A DNA stretch of 64,000 nucleotides from Candidatus Altiarchaeota archaeon (GTDB lineage: Archaea > Altiarchaeota > Altiarchaeia > IMC4 > QMZM01). A program made the position numbers and the translations under genes. Numbering within the stretch: position 1 is the first letter of the stretch; every line of letters starts with the position of its first letter. Positions 17,994 through 26,946 of the stretch are shown in pieces. The stretch spans positions 1,175 through 65,174 of the forward strand of contig JAYEGX010000078.1 in NCBI GenBank assembly GCA_034659295.1. Reading direction: 5' to 3'. The notes beneath the pieces are model-generated. The model was not told the origin of the DNA. It saw nothing but the letters and a program-made list of their open reading frames with translations, and did no database searches.

Positions 17994-19524
17994 ATTTATG
18001 GATTAAAGAAGCGAGTAGATAAATGAAGTATATTAGTAGCAGAAATGAAAGAAAGTAGTTGTATATGAAGGCGTCGAAATTATTGAAGCTATACACCCAG
18101 TATGTAATAGCTGATATTGTAAATAATAAAATTGCTGATATCATATACCATCTCTCTCTATGAAATTCAAAAGTGAACAAGAAAAGCAATACCAGAATTG
18201 AATAGTAATACCGAGTTGAAGCAAATAACAGATAGAACATAAGAACTCCGAAAATAATGGATGAATTCACATCATCCAGTTTATATATGAGGAAGACCAC
18301 TAAAAGAAGAAACGATACAATAGATGTGTAATAATAAATTTGGACGGCCTCAAATTCCCTTGCTTTTTGAGAGAATGGAATAAATTTATCGTCTTTAGTA
18401 ATTTCTCCATGAAACATGAACATATGTTTGAAACCAATCCTGAATCCTGCTGTTTTTTTGTTATGGATGTTCATGTCTTCATAAAATCCAACCCAATTTT
18501 CCAGTCCATTCCCCACAGTCAGGCTTAAAAGGAAGAGGATTATTAAAGAGGCTCCGAATGCAATGAAAAAATTAATGTAGCGTTTTTTTATTTCCCTGAC
18601 TTTAACAGATTCCATCACAGCCTTCAGGGCAAGACCTGCTGCAAATAATACCGGGAAAATCCTTATCATGGATGCAAGCGCCATAAAAAATCCGGATAGT
18701 TTATATTTTTCCAGTCTTAACAAGCATATTGAGATTATAAGATAGGCTACATAATCAAATTTCAGAATTGTTCCTCCCATATGCACAAACCTATTGGGGA
18801 AATTGATACAAAAGAAAATAAATGCAATTAAGCAAACTCTTAAACCAAATGCTTTATAGATCATGTAAAACGCCAACAAAATCAATGAAATATCAAGCAT
18901 TGCGAGAATCAGTAAATTAATGTAGGATAAATCAATTTTGCCTACAATCATAGATACCAAAAAGGTGTAAAAAGGTGGTCCATTATAACCCTTATCCGTA
19001 AACAACCTCTTCCAGTACCCGCTATAAGGTGCTAAGGAATAGAAAAAATTTAAATCCTTGATAAACTCCTCCTTCCTTTCCTTTGTGAATAATTTATTAC
19101 AATCACTGTCTTTCAATACATCATCTCTTTTAATATATCTAAGAGTATTTAAATCGCGGACAGTGTCTACGTCCTTAAAGTAGTTATTTGATTCTGCATC
19201 GAATACAATAGAGCATTCATATAATTTCATGTAACCTAATTCTTCATAGTACTTGGAATTGATTATAACATGATACATATCCCATCTATGTATGTAAAGC
19301 CCTCCTGCTCTGGAGAAATAGAAATAATTTATTCCAGCAGTAATTGCTATAATGATTAAAAAAACAGTTACAATCCTATTCCTATCTTTCTTTAATGTAT
19401 CTAGTAATCCTTTTTTGGTTATTATCCACCTGTAAAATAATGAAACCGCTAAAAACAAGATAAGGATTATTGAAATCATTAATTGTATACTCATCACTTG
19501 CTGACCGGTTATTGACGGCATCAT
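17986..19524 (-). CDS. polytopic integral membrane protein, GT-C/DUF2029-like glycosyltransferase or polymerase candidate
   Basis: 512 aa, more than 10 hydrophobic segments, very AT-rich codons. One larger loop after TM2 (HRWDMYH...KGYNGPPFYTF). Confidence 0.45.
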   Translation of the reverse strand: MMPSITGQQVMSIQLMISIILILFLAVSLFYRWIITKKGLLDTLKKDRNRIVTVFLIIIAITAGINYFYFSRAGGLYIHRWDMYHVIINSKYYEELGYMKLYECSIVFDAESNNYFKDVDTVRDLNTLRYIKRDDVLKDSDCNKLFTKERKEEFIKDLNFFYSLAPYSGYWKRLFTDKGYNGPPFYTFLVSMIVGKIDLSYINLLILAMLDISLILLAFYMIYKAFGLRVCLIAFIFFCINFPNRFVHMGGTILKFDYVAYLIISICLLRLEKYKLSGFFMALASMIRIFPVLFAAGLALKAVMESVKVREIKKRYINFFIAFGASLIILFLLSLTVGNGLENWVGFYEDMNIHNKKTAGFRIGFKHMFMFHGEITKDDKFIPFSQKAREFEAVQIYYYTSIVSFLLLVVFLIYKLDDVNSSIIFGVLMFYLLFASTRYYYSILVLLFLFTFEFHRERWYMISAILLFTISAITYWVYSFNNFDAFIYNYFLSFLLLIYFIYLLASLIHKYG

Positions 19525-21377
19525 TTTAATCCATAATCTCCTTCATTGAAGAGGTTGAGTATCTTCCTGAACGCATCCATTGTATGCTGTGTAGTATCTG
19601 CCCGTATCCGGTTGTCATCCACCCTGTACCGTATTGCTCCCTCCACTCGCTCAGGATGCTGTAGGTAATACATGTTCGGGCCCCTGAATTGGAGGTTCAT
19701 GAGATTATGTACACCTAAGATTATTGCTTTACTGTATTTATCCTGGTGTTCGGTGTCGTTCACCAGCTGTGCGACTTCATACGCGTACGCTAAACCCTCC
19801 GTGTAGACGCCGTCTGAGGATGAATGGGGTGTTCCATACTCCGGATGCATGGGATTATAAAACCGCCCCAGGTAGTCCATAAACGGCTTACCGTCTTGGT
19901 TCTGGATCTCAAGAAGCCTGTCGTTTAATATAAATATGGACTCAGCATACCTCCTATCCCCCGTTAACTTAAACAACTTATTCAGTGACTGGGTATGCCA
20001 TGGAACATACGCGGGATAATAATAAATCTCCAGGTTATGCACGTACCTTTCGACATAGTAATCCTGCGACTTTATCGCGGCATCAAGGTAGATTGTGTTG
20101 TTTGTTTTAATGTAGCATTCAACCAAAGCCAAAACAGCCTCCCCCGAATAAAAAGTCAACAAATAATCCTTGTTGTAGGAGTAGTCTGGCTCGGTATACC
20201 ACGGCTCAAAAGACCCGTCAGGGTTCTGCAATAAAAGTAGGGAGTTAGCAAGCTTCTTGGCCTTATCCCAGTATTCATCAAAGAGGGGGCTGTAAACCAG
20301 AGTCCTAAGAGCCATCGCATTCGCCCCCAGCTTAGATTTAGAGTTGTAGATGATGTAGCCGACATCACCTCTCTCCCTGTACCAGTTTTTGAATACGTAG
20401 TCCAGGTTTTTCCTGTGATGTGGGAGTAGAGACTCATCTGCACAGCTTAGTTCAGCCAGCAGGCGGGAGGCCATAAGCTGCCGTATCATGTTGTTACTGC
20501 TTGAATATTTTCCGTTGGAGGGGTTATATACGTAAGTGAAGAATCCATCATCATTTATGTTCCCCAGCAACCAACCTGTTGCAAGCTGTAGGGAGGTGTT
20601 GAGTTTCTCCAAGGAAACATTTGGTTTAGATTCCGGTGTGTTACACCTGTAGAATGTTACTACCTCATCCGTAAAACGGGTGGTGGCGAAGTGAATGGTT
20701 GGGAAACTGTATTTCTTCACAGAAGATTCCGTGTAGCAGTTCTCAGGTAGGTTAGCTTTTTTACATAACTTCCCCATCAGCTTTGTTGTCCCATAGTTGC
20801 CTTCTATCGCAACTGAATTATAGTAGGTCGCTTCTTTACCATCCTTCTCGAAGCGCAGTCCATGGATGCCTGGCTCGTAGTTGTTGTTTAATGGTGAGTA
20901 GTCTCCCAGAATAAATACCTCGATTTTCAGCTCAGAGACCCCCTCCTCTGTGAGAGGAGAGCCATATCGTCGGTCCAGGAGTGTTCTCTTCGCGGCAACA
21001 TAAACCGATTCAGCTAGATTATCCCTTAACGCAGACCATGAACCACTCTTTTTTCCTTTCACCCTGAAACCAACAAATACCTTCCTATTGACTCCATCGA
21101 ATCTATCCGGCCAGCCGCCGCCTGAGACGTTACCGGAGAAGAAATCAGTTACTGCAGTATATGCTACAGAAACCAGATACTCCCTGTCTTTCTGGCTCAG
21201 GTTAAGGAAATCCGTATCCGAAACAGTCCTGTTAACGCAGGAAAAACTCTCTCTTTTTTCCACTGAATCCAGCACAACCAGAAGCGAGGCCAAGAAAACT
21301 GTTGCGAAGATAAGCAGGGCATATAATACCAGCATCACCTTCGAAAGCTTGGATAGGGTCTCTTTGTCGAAGTCCAT
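19521..21377 (-). CDS. membrane-anchored protein with an AMMECR1-like domain fused to an alpha/alpha-toroid (prenyltransferase/terpene-cyclase QW-repeat-like) domain
   Basis: N-terminal TM (VMLVLYALLIFATVFLASLLVVL). KVFVGFRVKGKKSGSWSALRDNLAESVYVAAKRTLLDRRYGSPLTEEGVSELKIEVFIL is AMMECR1-like. QW-like repeats WLLGNINDDGFFTY, LLLLQNPDGSFEPWY and LLEIQNQDGKPF. Confidence 0.4.
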   Translation of the reverse strand: MDFDKETLSKLSKVMLVLYALLIFATVFLASLLVVLDSVEKRESFSCVNRTVSDTDFLNLSQKDREYLVSVAYTAVTDFFSGNVSGGGWPDRFDGVNRKVFVGFRVKGKKSGSWSALRDNLAESVYVAAKRTLLDRRYGSPLTEEGVSELKIEVFILGDYSPLNNNYEPGIHGLRFEKDGKEATYYNSVAIEGNYGTTKLMGKLCKKANLPENCYTESSVKKYSFPTIHFATTRFTDEVVTFYRCNTPESKPNVSLEKLNTSLQLATGWLLGNINDDGFFTYVYNPSNGKYSSSNNMIRQLMASRLLAELSCADESLLPHHRKNLDYVFKNWYRERGDVGYIIYNSKSKLGANAMALRTLVYSPLFDEYWDKAKKLANSLLLLQNPDGSFEPWYTEPDYSYNKDYLLTFYSGEAVLALVECYIKTNNTIYLDAAIKSQDYYVERYVHNLEIYYYPAYVPWHTQSLNKLFKLTGDRRYAESIFILNDRLLEIQNQDGKPFMDYLGRFYNPMHPEYGTPHSSSDGVYTEGLAYAYEVAQLVNDTEHQDKYSKAIILGVHNLMNLQFRGPNMYYLQHPERVEGAIRYRVDDNRIRADTTQHTMDAFRKILNLFNEGDYGLK

Positions 21378-21386
21378 AATAGATTA

Positions 21387-22295
21387 TTACCTTCTCCTGG
21401 CCAGATACCTGGCGGCCTTAAGCAGGGCTATACAGCCCTGTCCTGCTGCAATAACGTACTGGTATTCCCCGCCTGAGGTGCAGTCTCCAGCAGCATAAAC
21501 CCCCTTCTTGGAGGTCCTGGCCTGACAGTCAATAACAACAGAGCCCTTGTTGTTTAACTCCACAAAACCCTTAAGGAAGTCTGTGTTGGGTGTCCGCCCG
21601 ATCTCTATGATAATGCCATTTACCTTTATCTCCTGTATTTTACCGTCTAACTCATATCTAAGGCCTGAAACCATTTTCTCACCTAATATCTGTCTGGTAT
21701 TGGCCTCATTAATAATTTCCACATTATCCAAAGCCGTGATGTTTTCTATAAGATACTCGTGGGCGTTGAATTCAGCAGCATTGTTAATTAAGTAGATTTT
21801 TTTGGCAATGTCTTTCATGAAATCCACAGCCTCTAGTGCAGAATTACCCCCGCCCACGACCGCAACATCAACTCCATTAAACAGTGGGCCATCACATATA
21901 GAACAGTAGGTAACCCCCTTCTTCAGATACTTTTTCTCTCCGGGAACACCAAGCTTCCTTGGCCTGGCGCCTGATGCAATAACAACTGTCCTGGCCTCGT
22001 ATTCAACACCTCCGTCCGCGTAGGCCCTGAAACCCTCTTTTATCTCCTCAAGACGCGTTATCTTAACACCCTCCATCGGCTTGATGCTGTTGTACCCCAG
22101 CTGTTCCTCTAGTATCTTTTTGAGTTCAGCGCCCGTGGTTTCTATAATCCCGGGATAGTTTAGGATCTCCCCTGACTCAAGAAACTGACCTCCCATCTCA
22201 TCAGCCACCAGAAGATAGTTCATTTGCTTTCTGGCAGCATATATCGCCGCCGTCTGACCTGCAATTCCTGCACCGATAATCAAGACATCAAACAT
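21387..22295 (-). CDS. trxB: thioredoxin-disulfide reductase
   Basis: DVLIIGAGIAGQTAA FAD motif, CSICDG redox centre, VVGGGNSALE NAD(P)H motif, AAGDC. Confidence 0.85.
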   Translation of the reverse strand: MFDVLIIGAGIAGQTAAIYAARKQMNYLLVADEMGGQFLESGEILNYPGIIETTGAELKKILEEQLGYNSIKPMEGVKITRLEEIKEGFRAYADGGVEYEARTVVIASGARPRKLGVPGEKKYLKKGVTYCSICDGPLFNGVDVAVVGGGNSALEAVDFMKDIAKKIYLINNAAEFNAHEYLIENITALDNVEIINEANTRQILGEKMVSGLRYELDGKIQEIKVNGIIIEIGRTPNTDFLKGFVELNNKGSVVIDCQARTSKKGVYAAGDCTSGGEYQYVIAAGQGCIALLKAARYLARRR

Positions 22296-22524
22296 TTTTG
22301 ATTTCTTTATCCAGTGCTGCCTTGTCGAATCCGACGATGATTTTACTGTTTAATTCGATGACCGGAACACTCATCTGCCCGCTCTTTTCCATCATCTCCG
22401 AAGCCGCCTTCTGATCAGCTGCTACGTTGATATCCTCGAATTCTATGCCCTTCCCTGTAAGGTAGTCCCTGGTCATCTTGCAGTAAGGGCATGTTGGAGT
22501 GGAATAAAGCTTAACCTTAGCCAT
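22288..22524 (-). CDS. glutaredoxin/NrdH-like small redoxin
   Basis: 78 aa with CPYC active site and VPVI motif. Overlaps the trxB start. Confidence 0.75.
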   Translation of the reverse strand: MAKVKLYSTPTCPYCKMTRDYLTGKGIEFEDINVAADQKAASEMMEKSGQMSVPVIELNSKIIVGFDKAALDKEIKNV

Positions 22525-22549
22525 CTATTTCACCTTGTGTATATAGCCC

Positions 22550-23611
22550 TTATAGCCACCGTTTTCTCCTGAAGTACAGGAACATGGAGAAGGCTGTCAA
22601 AAACATTATCGCCCACACAATAGGATACCCGTACTGCCACCCCAGCTCCGGCATGTGCTTGAAGTTCATTCCATAGACTCCTGTAATAAATGTCAGGGGT
22701 ATGAATATGGTAGATATTATTGTTAGGACCTTCATGACCTCGTTCATACGGTTGCTTACGCTGGACAGGTAGATGTCGAGCATCCCGGAGATCATTTCCC
22801 TGTAGTTCTCTATGGAGTCTATGACCTGTATAACGTGATCGTATACATCCCTCAGGTATATCCTGGTGGATTCATCAATAAGGGGGGATGGCTCTCTTTC
22901 CAGCTTGTTCACTGCCTCCCTCAAAGGCCAAACGCTCCTTCTTAACAGCACCAGTTCCCTCTTGAGTCTATGTATCTGCCCCAGCGTGTCCTGGTCTGGT
23001 TCATGTATTAACTCATCCTCTAAATCCTCTATCTCCTCACCCAACACCTCCAGTATAAGGAAATACCCGTCCACTATGGAGTCAATCAGCGAATAAGCCA
23101 GATAGTCCGGGCCCTTACATCTAATACGGCCTTTACCGTTTCTGATTCTCTCCCTTACGGGGTCGAAGACATCCCCGATGCTCTCCTGAAGGGAGATAAC
23201 ATAGTTTGGACCTAGAATCATGCTAACCTGCTCGGAGCGGAACTCCCGCTCTTTTTTATCGTAGAAGAGCATCTTTAACACAATAAAAAGATAGTCATCG
23301 AAGTCCTCAATCTTGGGTCTCTGGTCCGTGTTCAGGATATCCTCCAACAGCAGGGGATGTAGGCTGAATTTTTCACCCAGCTTCTCTATCACATCAACGT
23401 GGTGTATGCCGTCTATGTTTATCCAGGAAACGGTTGGTTTATCCTTTAGAAGGGAGCATTCCTCTATATCCATTACCTTCTTCTCCTCCAGATTACCTTT
23501 ATCATAATCCAGTAGGGTGATCCGGATTTCATCCTCCCTTCTTTCACCTACATGAACCAGGGTACCAGGAGGTAAGCCGGTCTTCTTGGAGCGTCTAACT
23601 TTTTCAAGCAT
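22550..23611 (-). CDS. corA: CorA magnesium/cobalt transporter
   Basis: YGMNF signature followed by two C-terminal TM helices; 353 aa. Confidence 0.9.
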   Translation of the reverse strand: MLEKVRRSKKTGLPPGTLVHVGERREDEIRITLLDYDKGNLEEKKVMDIEECSLLKDKPTVSWINIDGIHHVDVIEKLGEKFSLHPLLLEDILNTDQRPKIEDFDDYLFIVLKMLFYDKKEREFRSEQVSMILGPNYVISLQESIGDVFDPVRERIRNGKGRIRCKGPDYLAYSLIDSIVDGYFLILEVLGEEIEDLEDELIHEPDQDTLGQIHRLKRELVLLRRSVWPLREAVNKLEREPSPLIDESTRIYLRDVYDHVIQVIDSIENYREMISGMLDIYLSSVSNRMNEVMKVLTIISTIFIPLTFITGVYGMNFKHMPELGWQYGYPIVWAIMFLTAFSMFLYFRRKRWL

Positions 23612-23707
23612 CTTTCAGTTAATAGAATATCAGAGCTACAGTAGAAAAAACAATTAGGATTATAACCGCGTATTAGTTTACAATCTTCTGTAGTCCAGAT
23701 GAGCAAC

Positions 23708-24532
23708 TCAACTGCTGCGTGAACCGAAACGCAGGGAATACCTCTTGGTGAACACAGCCCCGAAAAGGAAAATCTGGGCTGAGTAATAAACCCATACCAG
23801 AATCAGGACAAGAGAGCCTGCCGCACCATAAAGCGAGGCTATATCGCTGTAGTCCAGATACAAGCCCACAAAAAGATTACCTAGATTAAACAAAAGAGAT
23901 GCTAAAGCAGCCCCCAGATACACATCAACCCAGGGAACCCTCACCGAAGGCAAAAGCATGTAGAGTGCTGAAAAAAGCAGCGCCACCGAAATGAAAGAGA
24001 ATATGAAGTTCATGAACTGGGTTAGGGGCTGGTAGAGGAGAACTGATGGAATCAAGGTGCTGGCCAAAACTGAAACAAGCAATAAGGAACCCACACCCAT
24101 AACCAAAGCGAAAGAAAGCAGACGGGAATTTATCATATACCATAAACCCCTGCCCTTCCTTGGAGCGAAATCCCAGATAGTGTTTAGAGCTCTCCTGGCG
24201 TTAAAGAAGATTCCAGTAGCAGCGTAGATTAAGACAGCAACACCCAAGACGGTGGCTAATAAACCAGAGTTCGGAGTTCCCATATTCCCCATCATCACCT
24301 CAACCATTGCAGCCGCCTTATCACCCAGAAAAGCCTGTAAATACTCGAAAGCCTCGCCTTTAACCTCGCCTTTTACGGAGAAATAATCGAACACGGAAAT
24401 GGATATAACCAGCAGGGGAGCTAGGGAGAATATGGCGTAATAGGCCAGGGAGGCTGCTAGTAAGGAGATGTTTTTGTTATTCCATTCAGTGAATGCGTCA
24501 CCGACTAAGGCTGCAAATTCTCTTGGATTCAT
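23708..24532 (-). CDS. YihY/BrkB-family membrane protein
   Basis: 274 aa, 6 TM helices; LAASLAYYAIFSLAPLL and YGAAGSLVLILVWVYY are typical of the family. Confidence 0.75.
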   Translation of the reverse strand: MNPREFAALVGDAFTEWNNKNISLLAASLAYYAIFSLAPLLVISISVFDYFSVKGEVKGEAFEYLQAFLGDKAAAMVEVMMGNMGTPNSGLLATVLGVAVLIYAATGIFFNARRALNTIWDFAPRKGRGLWYMINSRLLSFALVMGVGSLLLVSVLASTLIPSVLLYQPLTQFMNFIFSFISVALLFSALYMLLPSVRVPWVDVYLGAALASLLFNLGNLFVGLYLDYSDIASLYGAAGSLVLILVWVYYSAQIFLFGAVFTKRYSLRFGSRSS

Positions 24533-24692
24533 GTTGTCAATACCCCCCCATCTTATTATTTATGAGAAACCACTATAAAGTTGTTATTTTTATGGTATGC
24601 TCCATAATCCGCTCTTTGCTGAACCCCCGGGCAGGTTTTAATCGAATCCGTTGCCATTTCCCTGATTTAATATCTCTCTCGTAAGTTATTAA

Positions 24693-26135
24693 GTGAACTC
24701 AGACAACTCAGGTTTATACTACAAGCAACCTAAGCCCATAAGGGCTCTGGAGATCGAGAGGCTTAAGCTGGAAAACCATGTGTTAGATGAATCAGGTGAG
24801 AGGCCTGTTGCTATTTCTGTTGTGGTACCCACGTTCAATAAAAACGACACGAGATATAATAGGGCGGTATTGAATGTAATAAGCACATGCGGCAGCCTGA
24901 TAGATGAGGGTGTTATCGATGAGGTGGTTATCGCTGACGGCTCAAGAACAGATGAGGGTAAGGTGGATATGGAGTTCATGGAGTTTCTATTGTCTATTGC
25001 TATAAAGTACTCCAAGACCTTTGAGAGGGAGGTTGATTTTGTGGGTGGATTGTCTGAGGGTAAGCTTAGAGCACTTCAGGGCAGGTATGATTTCTCTTTC
25101 AGGATACAGAGCCAGATAGATCCCGAACTCCACAGGATATACCTGGACCAGGGTATCCTAAACCAGGGGGAGATAGATGATCTGAAGAACGGTAAAGGCG
25201 CTAACATGTGGTTTTCTGTGCCTGTAACCTACGGGGACATTATATGCTTTGTTGACTCGGACATAATCTCCTTTAGGAAGCACTACGTTAAAGGCCTCTG
25301 CCAGCCCATTCTGAAGGGCTGGAACTCTGAAGCCAGAGAAGATGAACCCCAATCCTCGAAGGTATTCAGTAAGGCAGCCTATATCAGACTCCACAAGATA
25401 CCTAAGGGTTTCAAGATGGGAGGCCGACTATCCAGGTTGTTTGGAATACCCATGCTCCGTGTTTTGAACAAGCATGATATCTTCCCTGGCTTAAATAAGA
25501 TAACATACCCATTTAGCGGGGAATGCGCTTTCACCAGGTACGCTATCAACAAGCTGCAGTTCTCCAACGGCTACGACATCGAGACATCAGTACTCTGCCA
25601 GCTTTGGAAGGAGTTTGGTATAGACAAGGTTGCTGAATACAACTTCGGATTCTTCAGGCACTTGCCGGGGGAGGAAGAGCACGCTGATGAAATGCTTGGG
25701 GAAATCTCCATGGCCCTGTTTTACTGGCTTAGGAGATACGGTTTTATTGAGGGGTTGGGGGATTTTGATTCACTCATCAGGGAATACGAAAATGAGGCGG
25801 GAGATATGATAGACGTCTACAAAAAAATCGCTGAAAAAATACCCAGCCAGCTTACCTACGAGGAGGGACAGATGAGAGAGGACAGTGAAAGAATTAAACG
25901 ATACATGGACATAATAAAATCAGGCTACACGCTCTCTGTGAACAATAAACCGAAACTTTTAAGACCCTGGGAGGATATAAAAAGAGAGGTTAACCTGAAA
26001 AGGGGTTACAGCTATGCCACTCTGAAATCAACGCTCCAGAGCAGGGTTAACAAGTTCACCTCCAACATGATTCTATCCTACATACGGATTTATGTGGACC
26101 GCTCCAACAGAATAATCTCACAGTTCATTGAATAG
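24693..26135 (+). CDS. gpgS: glucosyl-3-phosphoglycerate synthase-like glycosyltransferase (GT81) with C-terminal extension
   Basis: ISVVVPTFNKN, GKGANMW, FVDSDI (DxD), GGRLSRLFGIPML and PFSGECAF...GYDIET are collinear with GpgS/MpgS-type enzymes. GTG start. Followed by a MpgP-type phosphatase. Confidence 0.6.
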   Translation: MNSDNSGLYYKQPKPIRALEIERLKLENHVLDESGERPVAISVVVPTFNKNDTRYNRAVLNVISTCGSLIDEGVIDEVVIADGSRTDEGKVDMEFMEFLLSIAIKYSKTFEREVDFVGGLSEGKLRALQGRYDFSFRIQSQIDPELHRIYLDQGILNQGEIDDLKNGKGANMWFSVPVTYGDIICFVDSDIISFRKHYVKGLCQPILKGWNSEAREDEPQSSKVFSKAAYIRLHKIPKGFKMGGRLSRLFGIPMLRVLNKHDIFPGLNKITYPFSGECAFTRYAINKLQFSNGYDIETSVLCQLWKEFGIDKVAEYNFGFFRHLPGEEEHADEMLGEISMALFYWLRRYGFIEGLGDFDSLIREYENEAGDMIDVYKKIAEKIPSQLTYEEGQMREDSERIKRYMDIIKSGYTLSVNNKPKLLRPWEDIKREVNLKRGYSYATLKSTLQSRVNKFTSNMILSYIRIYVDRSNRIISQFIE

Positions 26136-26946
26136 AATGGATAATGAATTGATTGTTTACTCGGACCTTGATGGAACCCTCCTTGATGAAGGCTACTCAT
26201 TTTGTGATGCTCTTCCAGCACTTAAGGAGCTGAAGGAAAAAAGTATTCCTTTGATTTTCTGCACCAGCAAGACGAGGGCGGAGATAGAATATTTCAGGGA
26301 AGAGCTAGGCATAGAGGCTCCTTTTATTTCCGAAAACGGCGGCGCAATATTCATTCCTGAAGGTTTTTTCAATGAGCTGGAATACGATAAGGTGATTGAC
26401 GGATACAGGGTCATAGAATTAGGCACAGGATACAAGGAGATAAGGCATGTTCTGTCAGAGGTTAGAAAGATGGTTGAGTGTGGAATAAGAGGATTCGGGG
26501 ATTTGGGCGTTGAGGAGTTGGTGAAGGTATCTGGGTTGGATAGGAGGTCAGCTGAGCTCTCGATGATGCGGGAGTATGATGAACCGTTCATGATGAAGTG
26601 TTCACAGGAGAACGAGAAGAGATTCATTAGCCTGGTTGAGGAGAGGGGTTTGGGTTACACCCGAGGCGGCTTATTTCATCACCTGATGGGCGACAACGAT
26701 AAGGGGAGGGCGGTTAATATTCTGACGGAAACATTTAGGAGGAATGGTTTCGGGGGTTTGGCTGTTGGCTTAGGTGACAGCTGTAATGACTTCCCGATGC
26801 TGGTGAACGTTGACGTACCTGTTTTGGTTAGGAAACCTGGCGGAGGGTTCGCTGACTTCAGCAGGGAGGGTCTGGTTAAGACCGAAGGTATCGGTCCGAT
26901 GGGATGGAACCAGGCGGTCCTGGATATCCTAGACGACCTATACTAA
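26128..26946 (+). CDS. mannosyl-/glucosyl-3-phosphoglycerate phosphatase (HAD-IIB, MpgP/YedP family)
   Basis: VYSDLDGTLLD, IFCTSKTRAE, FISENGGAIFIP and GLGDSCND motifs. Confidence 0.75.
   Translation: MNRMDNELIVYSDLDGTLLDEGYSFCDALPALKELKEKSIPLIFCTSKTRAEIEYFREELGIEAPFISENGGAIFIPEGFFNELEYDKVIDGYRVIELGTGYKEIRHVLSEVRKMVECGIRGFGDLGVEELVKVSGLDRRSAELSMMREYDEPFMMKCSQENEKRFISLVEERGLGYTRGGLFHHLMGDNDKGRAVNILTETFRRNGFGGLAVGLGDSCNDFPMLVNVDVPVLVRKPGGGFADFSREGLVKTEGIGPMGWNQAVLDILDDLY

Noticed and set aside
26193-26627. 144-aa minus-strand ORF
   Set aside because: Antisense to the MpgP-type phosphatase, which has all HAD motifs.
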